DNA of 27,013 nucleotides from a virus (Duplodnaviria > Caudoviricetes). Position 1 is the first letter of the stretch. The number at the start of each line of letters is the position of its first letter. This document shows positions 7,825 through 15,029 of the stretch, one piece after another. The stretch is from IMG/VR virus record IMGVR_UViG_3300047386_000036, positions 1 to 27,013 of that record; one strand, given 5' to 3'. A model generated the notes under the pieces. It was not told where the DNA came from. It saw only the letters and a list, made by a program, of their open reading frames with translations, and did no database searches. Both the position numbers and the translations under genes were made by a program.

Positions 7825-9835
7825 TTTGCATTCCTATAATTTGTGCCATCACAGCCGCTTCTTCAGGGTCGTTGAGTATCTCATCAGGGTCTAAGTCTAA
7901 GCTGTAGGCTAATTCACTAATCAATTTAGAAATCTTAACAAATGGTGCAACAGCAGGATTCTGAGCAGTTTGTAAGAACATTGTCAGTCTTTGACTTCTT
8001 ACTTCTTTCTGCATTAAGCTGTTAGTACCTGTAGCCTTAACTTCTAAATCACCTTTGACATCCAACTCGTCCTCTAGAAATTGCATGTTCCACTGGAAGT
8101 AGGCTTCCCCTAGTGGTTTCAATAAAAAGTCATCAAGATTCTTGATAACTGTTTTAATGTTTAAACTAGATGCTCCAAGTAACATAGACATACCAGAGGC
8201 AGTCCTTGTCATACTTTGAACACCTGTCTGTCCGTGAGAGTAACTAGGTATACCAGTTTGCTCATCTGCAAGTTGCCTAAACTTGTCGAACATCATTAAG
8301 TTTTCTTGTGATGTATTAGGAAACTTTAAGCCGTGTATAGCTTGCCCAGGCATTCCTGCTTGTCTGCGGAATATTTTTCCTGGATATATTTCCATTGATT
8401 GTCCACCAACTAAAGCAGACTCATCTACATCAAAAACTAATGAACCAGACATTGCTAGATTATCAATAGCCATTCTTGCATGACCATTCATAATCTGTTG
8501 AGAATCATCCATGTTTTCTGCTACACCAATACCAAAGAAATTATATGGGTTTCTTTCATATGGGAAAGCGTGATATGGAATTCTATAAGGAGTGAAAGGA
8601 TTAAGTACTGCTCTTAATAAGTAAGTACCACATGTCCATATATTTACTTGTACTTCGTCTAGGTCATCAACACTGTCAGGTAAGTCAATACCTACTTCTC
8701 TTGCATACTCTGCATCCATAATGCCCCAATATTCTAAGACTTCAAAGTTAGAACCAATCTCTTCATCGTATCGCGAATCATCTTTTAATTGACTTTCAAA
8801 ATCTTTTTCTACATAGTTTGGACCCATTTGAATTGCATTACGTATAGAATCATCATCAAAATAAGGCATGTTTCGTAGTTGTCTTAATTGACTACGATTC
8901 ATTTTATGTCTATGAATTATATATTCACATTCTTCCATGTTAGTTGCATTAGGGTCTGGATAAAAATCCCAACAACTAACAAACTCAATACGTGGTACTC
9001 TTACTTCTAAAGGATTGTAAGTTCTGTTACCCTCCTCATCTGTATCCCACTTGTGTAATTTTTTATTAAAGTTAAATGGTCCTTTAACAATACCAGTACC
9101 TAATAAAGCCGACTCTAGTAAAGCATTTCTCATTTCAGAGTTGCCGTTAGATTCTTCTATCTGGTCATGGATTAACTTTTCCATACGTCTAGCGGCTCGT
9201 TGTGCTGGAGATAGTTCTAAAGCTTGTGGGTCAGGACTTGCCCCGTCTGTAAGTATACCTGCATCTTCTGCTTGGTCTTCTAAGCTATCTTCAAATATTC
9301 CGTTTAAGTAAGTAGCTCCTGCTTTTAAAACTTTACCGTCACCCTCATAACCTACATCGTATGGATTATCTTTAAGGTTTCCAAAGTTATCTGGTCGTTC
9401 CTCTTCTTCACCTATTGAAGTTTCTAAACTAGGTGTAGGATTAGAAGTATCTAGATGTGCGTAGTCTGTTTCACCTTCAGGTATCTTGGTTTCTGAAATT
9501 CCTATCGGAAATTTTCCTGTACCAAATATAACATCTACAAGTTGACCAAAAGCCGCAAGGACTTTTGTTTTAGTAATTTTAACAAATACTCGTGACTTTT
9601 CAGACTCCCTAAACTTTACATTTTTAGAGTAAAGCCCTCTATAGTTTTCGTAAGCTTTAAGCCAACGAGTCTCATCTGTTTGTCGAGCATCTTCTGCTAT
9701 TGCGAATCTATCTTTAATAGTTCCAATAATATTTCTTTGCTGGTCTTCCTCAAGTGTAAGTTGGACTCCAGATTCGCCTTCTACTTCTTCATAAATACTA
9801 TTAGCGTTTAAAAATGTATTTTCGTTTTCTGCCAT
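7625..9835 (-). CDS. Portal (head-tail connector) protein
   Basis: 736 aa with ALLGTGIVKGP, WDFYPDP, FFGIGVAE and TRTASGMSML motifs and a Q/G/P-rich tail; follows TerL. Confidence 0.9.
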   Translation of the reverse strand: MAENENTFLNANSIYEEVEGESGVQLTLEEDQQRNIIGTIKDRFAIAEDARQTDETRWLKAYENYRGLYSKNVKFRESEKSRVFVKITKTKVLAAFGQLVDVIFGTGKFPIGISETKIPEGETDYAHLDTSNPTPSLETSIGEEEERPDNFGNLKDNPYDVGYEGDGKVLKAGATYLNGIFEDSLEDQAEDAGILTDGASPDPQALELSPAQRAARRMEKLIHDQIEESNGNSEMRNALLESALLGTGIVKGPFNFNKKLHKWDTDEEGNRTYNPLEVRVPRIEFVSCWDFYPDPNATNMEECEYIIHRHKMNRSQLRQLRNMPYFDDDSIRNAIQMGPNYVEKDFESQLKDDSRYDEEIGSNFEVLEYWGIMDAEYAREVGIDLPDSVDDLDEVQVNIWTCGTYLLRAVLNPFTPYRIPYHAFPYERNPYNFFGIGVAENMDDSQQIMNGHARMAIDNLAMSGSLVFDVDESALVGGQSMEIYPGKIFRRQAGMPGQAIHGLKFPNTSQENLMMFDKFRQLADEQTGIPSYSHGQTGVQSMTRTASGMSMLLGASSLNIKTVIKNLDDFLLKPLGEAYFQWNMQFLEDELDVKGDLEVKATGTNSLMQKEVRSQRLTMFLQTAQNPAVAPFVKISKLISELAYSLDLDPDEILNDPEEAAVMAQIIGMQNAGQTNGEEAQPNSQQSPMGGLQGAPQQPQNLGPTGTGGGNIGTGNVPVAGEDEFSGTPRAVGPTG

Positions 9836-9838
9836 ATC

Positions 9839-11476
9839 TTAATAACCAAAAGTTGAATCAGAAGGGCTAAATACATCTGATTTTATTCTTAACATCCTAT
9901 CTTGAGGATGGTCCATTCTTGGTCTACTCATAACCAAGTACCTTAACGCATCATATGCGTGGTCAGCCGCATGAGTGTCAACATCTTCAGGGTTAGACTT
10001 AGAAAGAGGCAAAGCCTGTATTTCTTTTATTAGATTGACACATGTATTAAATATCTGCAATCTGGGTCTTCCTGTACTGTTGTTCTTTCTCAAATGCTCA
10101 TGTATCTGAGTCTTACCTGCTAACCTATTCTTATCGGCTCGTCTTAGTTTATGTCCTTTATTAACTAATATTTCACCTATTGTTGGACCAGTATATCCTG
10201 TTCTTGACCAAGCGGCTGTATCTAATACACCTGCTATTGACCTAATCTCATCCTGTTCCATTTCTGTAATGGTATCTCCGAGTGCTTCACCTGTTAGACC
10301 CTTTCTGTATAGTTCTCTATATATTATGATGGTCTTATCTTCAGGGTCTATAACAGCCCAGAGACAACAACTTTCTGCGGCATAACCGTAGTCTACCGCT
10401 TTAACTCTTTCCCACCAACTTGGTAATTCAAATGGCGGTATAACATGTGTCTCTACTTCAAACTCTGCAAATGCCGCACCTTCTGAGATATCCCAGTTAC
10501 CTTCCAACAACTGTTTACGTTGTATGGCTGGTAAGGATTGCAACATCCTTTCATATTCACCGTCTTCAGCAAGGTGAGGATTATCCTGTAACAATGCTGG
10601 TATAAACTTTCTTGTGAGTCCGTCATGTCCTTGGAAACTTGTATTATGTTCCGCAGGTTCTACGTATCTCTTTTTAACCCAATGAGCACCTACACCTCCT
10701 GGGTTAGCTGTACATCTGAGATATGTCTTAATCTCTGGGTTAGTCGTTCTTAGTCGTGATGCTAAGTAGTTCCAACCAAACTCTGTAGGTAAATGAGTTA
10801 TCTCATCAAAACCTATCCAACTGTACGCTTGTCCTTGATAACGATAAACATCTGCATCTCGTTCCAAGAATCCAAATTCAATCTTTGCTCCACTAGGGAA
10901 CTGCCATAACTTTTCTACTTCTTTAAACTTAGCACCTTTAAATGCTATTGGATAAAGCTCACGAGACTTATCTATTAGTTCTCGTAGTTCTGGCATAGAC
11001 CTTCTTAATATTAAAGCTCTGTGTTCTGGAAAGTGACAGTATCGCAACGGGTCTATTAACATTGCAAAACTTTTACCACCACCTGCCGCACCACCGTAAA
11101 GAACATCCTTCTCACCTGCGGCAAGAAAGTCTGTCTGCGGTCCTTCGTTTGGCATGAAAGCCACATGAGAACCAGTGCTATCTAAATGTTGTTGTATAGT
11201 ATCAGGTAACTCTTTGGTTTCTGATTCTGTTAAAACATTAGATGTTAAAACTTTCTTTTCTTTGTTAAATTCTTTTTTAACTCTTGCTAAACTTCTTGTT
11301 AGCTTTTGAACTTTTTTATTCTTTTTTTGTAATTTATTCTTAGCCTGTAAAGCCAACTTCATATCAGAAAGTTCTGAATTTTTAGGTCTACCTGATTTTA
11401 ATCGGGGAGTACCATCTTTCTTTAGTATATAAGTCCCATCTGGATTTGTCAAGTACTTTTTTGATTTATCTACCAT
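9839..11476 (-). CDS. terL: Terminase large subunit with a basic N-terminal extension
   Basis: Walker A GGAAGGGKS, Walker B IGFDE, TANPGG coupling motif, nuclease residues DYG and DHAYDALRY. Confidence 0.95.
   Translation of the reverse strand: MVDKSKKYLTNPDGTYILKKDGTPRLKSGRPKNSELSDMKLALQAKNKLQKKNKKVQKLTRSLARVKKEFNKEKKVLTSNVLTESETKELPDTIQQHLDSTGSHVAFMPNEGPQTDFLAAGEKDVLYGGAAGGGKSFAMLIDPLRYCHFPEHRALILRRSMPELRELIDKSRELYPIAFKGAKFKEVEKLWQFPSGAKIEFGFLERDADVYRYQGQAYSWIGFDEITHLPTEFGWNYLASRLRTTNPEIKTYLRCTANPGGVGAHWVKKRYVEPAEHNTSFQGHDGLTRKFIPALLQDNPHLAEDGEYERMLQSLPAIQRKQLLEGNWDISEGAAFAEFEVETHVIPPFELPSWWERVKAVDYGYAAESCCLWAVIDPEDKTIIIYRELYRKGLTGEALGDTITEMEQDEIRSIAGVLDTAAWSRTGYTGPTIGEILVNKGHKLRRADKNRLAGKTQIHEHLRKNNSTGRPRLQIFNTCVNLIKEIQALPLSKSNPEDVDTHAADHAYDALRYLVMSRPRMDHPQDRMLRIKSDVFSPSDSTFGY
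11424..11452 (-). promoter_or_regulatory. Sigma70 promoter inside the 5' end of terL
   Basis: Minus strand TTGACA-17 nt-TATACT. Confidence 0.6.
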
Positions 11477-11711
11477 ATAGTTTATCTACGTGTTTTTTTA
11501 ATCCTGGTCTAGACATCTTACGTCCTGTTTCTGCTTCTAACCAGTCTACTCCAATACCCAGACTAATTTCCCCATGAAAGACTGCTTCAGATACTTCTTT
11601 AAGTACTTGTAACTCTTCATCTATAGGCTTTAAGAAAGAACCAGCTTCATTTTCTAGTTCGTATCCAAAAGGTATAGTAGAAGAAGTTCTGGTTATATAA
11701 CCCTCCTTCAT
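11466..11711 (-). CDS. Small putative DNA-binding protein resembling an isolated serine-recombinase 'recombinase' domain
   Basis: 81 aa with IPFGY...P..EE..L, then helix-W-L...TGR.MS..GL; no catalytic domain. Confidence 0.6.
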   Translation of the reverse strand: MKEGYITRTSSTIPFGYELENEAGSFLKPIDEELQVLKEVSEAVFHGEISLGIGVDWLEAETGRKMSRPGLKKHVDKLYGR

Positions 11712-11959
11712 TTTACTTTCCTATACTTCCTAACTTTTTTCGCTACTTTACTTGGTTGTTTGGAGTGTTGTTTTCCTTTGGCTGTATCTGCTCTTTTCTT
11801 TCTGGTTGTTTTGGCATACTCTGAAGATGAAAGTGCACTAATCGCCTTCTTCGGGAGATATCTCTCACCTGTCTCAGACGATTTCTTACCACTCTTGGTA
11901 GTCCATTTTTGCTTTGTCCAAGCTTTAAGACTTCTTTGCGGTTTTTTTAGGTTTGACAT
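11708..11959 (-). CDS. Lys-rich hypothetical protein (resembles the C-terminal half of DUF5872-like proteins)
   Basis: 83 aa with QRSLKAWTKQKW and GERYLPKKAI motifs. Confidence 0.7.
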   Translation of the reverse strand: MSNLKKPQRSLKAWTKQKWTTKSGKKSSETGERYLPKKAISALSSSEYAKTTRKKRADTAKGKQHSKQPSKVAKKVRKYRKVK

Positions 11960-12089
11960 TTTTTTTAGCCTTTGGTGTTTCCGTAGTTAAACATTTTTTA
12001 AATAGTTTTGCATATCCTTCTTTAACTGCGTTTATCCAGTTTGTTACATATAATTTACATTTATTGTAAATGTTTCTTATTTTATCCAT
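11925..12089 (-). CDS. Small Lys-rich hypothetical protein (54 aa)
   Basis: Manual translation MDKIRNIYNKCKLYVTNWINAVKEGYAKLFKKCLTTETPKAKKNVKPKKTAKKS. Its start overlaps the upstream stop (TGATG). Confidence 0.6.
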   Translation of the reverse strand: MDKIRNIYNKCKLYVTNWINAVKEGYAKLFKKCLTTETPKAKKNVKPKKTAKKS

Positions 12090-12283
12090 CATTTATAGCC
12101 ACCTCCAGCGGCTTTATATTCTTTTGCTAAAAGCTGGGCTTTTCGAGCAGACCATTGTCCAGCGTTGCCACCTTTAGTGCCACGCTTAATCTTCTCGAAA
12201 AGTCTCTTACGCATACTTGGCTTGGTATAGTTCCCAGCTTTGTTGACTGTAGATTTACTTTTTGTTTTCTTTTTTGCTGGCAT
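12089..12283 (-). CDS. Lys-rich hypothetical protein (resembles the N-terminal half of DUF5872-like proteins)
   Basis: ATG at 12283 after GGGAGG; motif YTKP..R...KGG.AGQWSARKAQLLAKEYK..GGGY. Confidence 0.75.
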   Translation of the reverse strand: MPAKKKTKSKSTVNKAGNYTKPSMRKRLFEKIKRGTKGGNAGQWSARKAQLLAKEYKAAGGGYK

Positions 12284-12431
12284 TTTCCCTCCCAAAAATT
12301 TTATCCCAGTTATCTCTATACTGTTTAGAATGTATATTTATTCTAGGTTTAGAACCTTTACCCCCACTACTGGTTTTGTAAATACTTCTACGCAACGGCA
12401 CAGCATTTTCATTACTACCTATTTGTGACAT
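12255..12431 (-). CDS. Small hypothetical phage protein (GKGSKPR...NWDKIF type, 58 aa)
   Basis: Manual translation MSQIGSNENAVPLRRSIYKTSSGGKGSKPRINIHSKQYRDNWDKIFGRENASKKENKK; starts 1 nt after the previous stop. Confidence 0.7.
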   Translation of the reverse strand: MSQIGSNENAVPLRRSIYKTSSGGKGSKPRINIHSKQYRDNWDKIFGRENASKKENKK

Positions 12432-12432
12432 T

Positions 12433-12723
12433 TTACCATTTTACCTTATCGGCCCAATATGCGGCTGACATTTTACCCTTTGCAATATTTTTAGCGTGTC
12501 TAGCTTTAAAAGACTTTCTTTTAGCTTTCATTCTAGCTGATTCTCCTGCTTTAGGAGCACCTGCTGTTTTAGCACCCTTCTGACCAAAACGTATTGTTTT
12601 AATCTTATCACCTTCTTTAGCCACTACAATGTGCGATTTTTTAGGATGACTAGGTGTTCGTTTAGGTTTGTTAAAGCCAGAGACTCCTGCTCTTTTTAAC
12701 CTACTATCTTTTTCTTTTGGCAT
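12433..12723 (-). CDS. Lys-rich hypothetical protein (IRFGQ...RKSFKARH...SAAYW type)
   Basis: 96 aa, very basic, coupled to TerS by TAATG. Confidence 0.8.
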   Translation of the reverse strand: MPKEKDSRLKRAGVSGFNKPKRTPSHPKKSHIVVAKEGDKIKTIRFGQKGAKTAGAPKAGESARMKAKRKSFKARHAKNIAKGKMSAAYWADKVKW

Positions 12724-13163
12724 TAGTTTTCTATCTCCTGATACGTAGCATCTTCAGCCTCAATAACTACCGGAGTTTTATCGGGCATTAAAAAGATACC
12801 TCCACTATTCATATTATGATTAACATCTATTTTATCTACTTTACTGACTCCTACCCTATCTAGTAAAGTCTGTGCGGCTGTTAGCTTATTAGCGGCTTGC
12901 ACTACAGGCTTTTTAGATTCCATAATTTCAACAACTTTAAAGGCGGCTTTTGGGGCAGAGTTAGCTAGTATCTCTTGAGTAAGTTCTAGTATCTCAGACT
13001 TTAAAGTTTTTACAACATGATGATAATGACTAGAATAACCAGCAAGCTCTGCGGCTTTCTTTGCATCACCTTGAGTATCTACAAGATGATTAAGGAAAGA
13101 CTGTTGCTTTTCAGTCAGTTCTCTTTTTGTTATTGTTTTATCAACACTTGGTAAAATAGCCAT
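12723..13163 (-). CDS. terS: Terminase small subunit
   Basis: 146 aa with the LTEKQQSFL...AKKAAELAGYS HTH and AAQTLLDRVG; first gene of the packaging arm. Confidence 0.8.
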   Translation of the reverse strand: MAILPSVDKTITKRELTEKQQSFLNHLVDTQGDAKKAAELAGYSSHYHHVVKTLKSEILELTQEILANSAPKAAFKVVEIMESKKPVVQAANKLTAAQTLLDRVGVSKVDKIDVNHNMNSGGIFLMPDKTPVVIEAEDATYQEIEN

Positions 13164-13169
13164 GAATCT

Positions 13170-13198
13170 AGTATACAGTTCTATTTTAAGATTGTCAA
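13170..13198 (-). promoter_or_regulatory. Sigma70 promoter for the packaging/structural arm
   Basis: Minus strand TTGACA-17 nt-TATACT, 6 nt before the terS ATG. Confidence 0.85.
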
Positions 13199-13212
13199 GT
13201 TTAAATTAAGTA

Positions 13213-13241
13213 TTGACAAAATACGATTTCATTGCTATAAT
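13213..13241 (+). promoter_or_regulatory. Consensus sigma70 promoter with extended -10, pointing into non-coding DNA
   Basis: TTGACA-17 nt-TATAAT preceded by TGC. Confidence 0.85.
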
Positions 13242-14052
13242 AATATTGTGCCCCCGAGGGTCAATATAGACAATATCTTGTCGTCATTCTGATAAAACAA
13301 TCACCTAAAATAAATACTTCCTAGTCTCTTAAACTTTAAAGGTTTTAGTGTCGGGGCGTTAACTAGTTCTGGTTAATGGGCTGTGCGCTATAAAATGTAT
13401 AACCATGCTATAGATATATAGGGTAGGGGGAGTGGGCTCCTGCCACCCCTTGAGTAAACTGAGAGAGGTGGTTCTAGTAGACCTCAAAGCCACTCCAAAC
13501 TCAATAACTTGGAAGACTTCAAGGCTATTCTCTTACAAGCACAACACTATCTTTCTTTCTATAAAGTTTTAAACTTGAATAGTCACATGAAGTCTTTCAA
13601 GTCAATCTCTTTTCTAAGTCTATACCTTTTAGAACCTATTGAAATCTCCTTTATTCTAACATATCTTCTGGTCTTTAGCAAGCTTAAAATCTAACATTAC
13701 TTAAAAGATACAGTTATATCTTTCTACGCTAAAGGCGTATCTCATGCACCTTCTACGATTTATCTCCCAATCTTCATAAATCATTGAACACACAGCACTG
13801 TAAAGCCTTCCAAGCCCTTAAAGTCAAACACCTCGTGGCTATCTAATGTCTCCAACACTCCACTCCCACTAACGATTAAATCTCAAGCTACCCACTCAAC
13901 TATTGAAACCTAGAAAACTTGCTAAGTTTCCGTTGTTCGCGTAACCAGCACCACCATTTTCTCCTAACAATTTCTAGTTTACAGGAACATAAAGATTTTA
14001 AAGTATATAAATGTAAAGGATAATACCCTTTGGGCTTCACTACGTTCAGTCC

Positions 14053-14081
14053 TTTACACTTTAAAATCTTTATGTTTTAAT
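14053..14081 (+). promoter_or_regulatory. Putative promoter of the two-gene unit inside the inverted repeat
   Basis: TTTACA-17 nt-TTTAAT with extended TGn. The -10 lacks the conserved A at position 2. Confidence 0.45.
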
Positions 14082-14109
14082 CCTGTAAAGAAATTATAAG
14101 GAGAAAATA

Positions 14110-14301
14110 ATGATACTAATTACTTATGCGAACAACGAAACCTTAGAGTTTTCTACAGTTTCAACAGCCGAGATGTGCACCTTGAGTTTACTCGTAAGTG
14201 GCATCGAAGCGTTGGGAATTAGATGCAACGATGCGTCTGACCTTAACCGCTTGCAAGACTACATTGCTGGCATTCAACAATCCATAAATCTTAGGAGATA
14301 A
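14110..14301 (+). CDS. Hypothetical early protein (63 aa)
   Basis: AAGGAG RBS; lies in the right arm of the inverted repeat. Confidence 0.7.
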   Translation: MILITYANNETLEFSTVSTAEMCTLSLLVSGIEALGIRCNDASDLNRLQDYIAGIQQSINLRR

Positions 14302-14304
14302 ATC

Positions 14305-14580
14305 GTGGAAAATACATTCGATATAAACGCCTTTAGCGTAGAAAGACATAAAAGCCCTGCATCTTACAAACAATGTCAGGCTTTAAGCTATAAGTTTGCT
14401 AAAGACCAGAAAACAGGGAAAATAAATTGGAGATTTCAAAAGCAGGTTCTCGGTTGTTTGTTCGGTTTAGCTTCAGAAAAGAGATTGACTTTCAAGAAAG
14501 CTAATGATTTATTCAAGTCTAAAACTTTACCAAAACCTTATATGGATAAGATAGCGTTGTACTTGAAAGAAAATAGCTAA
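14305..14580 (+). CDS. Basic hypothetical early protein (91 aa)
   Basis: AGGAG RBS, GTG start, followed by a terminator. Confidence 0.75.
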   Translation: MENTFDINAFSVERHKSPASYKQCQALSYKFAKDQKTGKINWRFQKQVLGCLFGLASEKRLTFKKANDLFKSKTLPKPYMDKIALYLKENS

Positions 14581-14584
14581 CCCT

Positions 14585-14619
14585 AAAGCCTCCAAGCTAC
14601 TGAGTTTGGAGGTTTTTTT
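14585..14619 (+). terminator. Rho-independent terminator
   Basis: GCCTCCAAGCT-ACTG-AGTTTGGAGGT followed by a T-run. Confidence 0.85.
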
Positions 14620-14745
14620 ATGCCTATCTATCACTTAAATTCAGTTTACTTTATAATGATGAGTGCTATTTATATGGGGTTTTAGTCGCCCACTCCAAAG
14701 AAGTTAATTAAACTTAATTAAGTAATTTAAGACTCGAGCTTACGG

Positions 14746-14794
14746 TTGGTCGGTTGGTTGAGGGACGTTTTTAAATTGGTCGGTTGGTTGAGGG
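14746..14794 (+). repeat. Two perfect 19-bp direct repeats TTGGTCGGTTGGTTGAGGG
   Basis: At 14746-14764 and 14776-14794 (30-bp period), followed by a very AT-rich tract. Confidence 0.9.
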
Positions 14795-14910
14795 CGTATT
14801 TAAGTTAAAATACAGGACAAATGTGCTAATTTAAGTTAAAAAATGTAATTTATTTACAAAAAAGTTTGTATTTATTTTAATATTATGTTAAATTATTAAG
14901 TTTTTTTTAG

Positions 14911-14977
14911 TTTTAATATTATAAATATATCTTAAATTAGTTAAATGCTTGACAACTTTGTCGGCTTCGGGCACCAT
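14911..14977 (+). promoter_or_regulatory. Early sigma70 promoter with a duplicated upstream element
   Basis: TTGACA (14949)-17 nt-CACCAT. The upstream TTATAAATATATCTTAA...AAATGCTTGACA is shared with the 16273-16340 promoter. Confidence 0.6.
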
Positions 14978-15029
14978 GTTCGGGTCAGCAAGGGATGTTC
15001 CTTGTAAAACAATGCAAAGGAGATAGAAA

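Larger units (their letters stand above)
13429..14696. repeat. Long imperfect inverted repeat (arms ~13429-14020 and ~14050-14696)
   Basis: Collinear exact reverse-complement blocks: 14012-14020/14050-14058, 13986-14004/14058-14076, 13931-13940/14128-14137, 13719-13738/14327-14346, 13666-13681/14396-14411, 13599-13615/14475-14491, 13453-13462/14641-14650 and 13429-13437/14688-14696. Confidence 0.93.

Noticed and set aside
11466-11711. Integrase or evidence of lysogeny
   Set aside because: Only an 81-aa recombinase-domain-like fragment with no catalytic domain; no att site or repressor seen.
13421-13437. G-quadruplex in GGGTAGGGGGAGTGGG
   Set aside because: Only three G-tracts of three or more; not enough for a canonical intramolecular G4.
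13509-13694. 61-aa plus-strand ORF in the left arm of the inverted repeat
   Set aside because: TTG start without a clear RBS; the sequence is explained as the mirror of 14305-14580.
13453-14020. Left arm as a plus-strand antisense RNA from the 13213 promoter silencing the two ORFs
   Set aside because: Disfavoured rather than excluded: plus/plus pairing would carry A.C mismatches at the biased substitutions, whereas minus/minus pairing gives wobbles.
13429-14696. Reading the repeat pair as a DGR template/variable repeat or retron msr-msd
   Set aside because: The repeats are inverted with many indels, the changes include C>T rather than only A>N, and no reverse transcriptase is in the window.
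14746-14794. Direct repeats as a mini CRISPR array
   Set aside because: Only two 19-bp copies with an 11-bp spacer; the Cas4-like ORF is a typical phage replication exonuclease.
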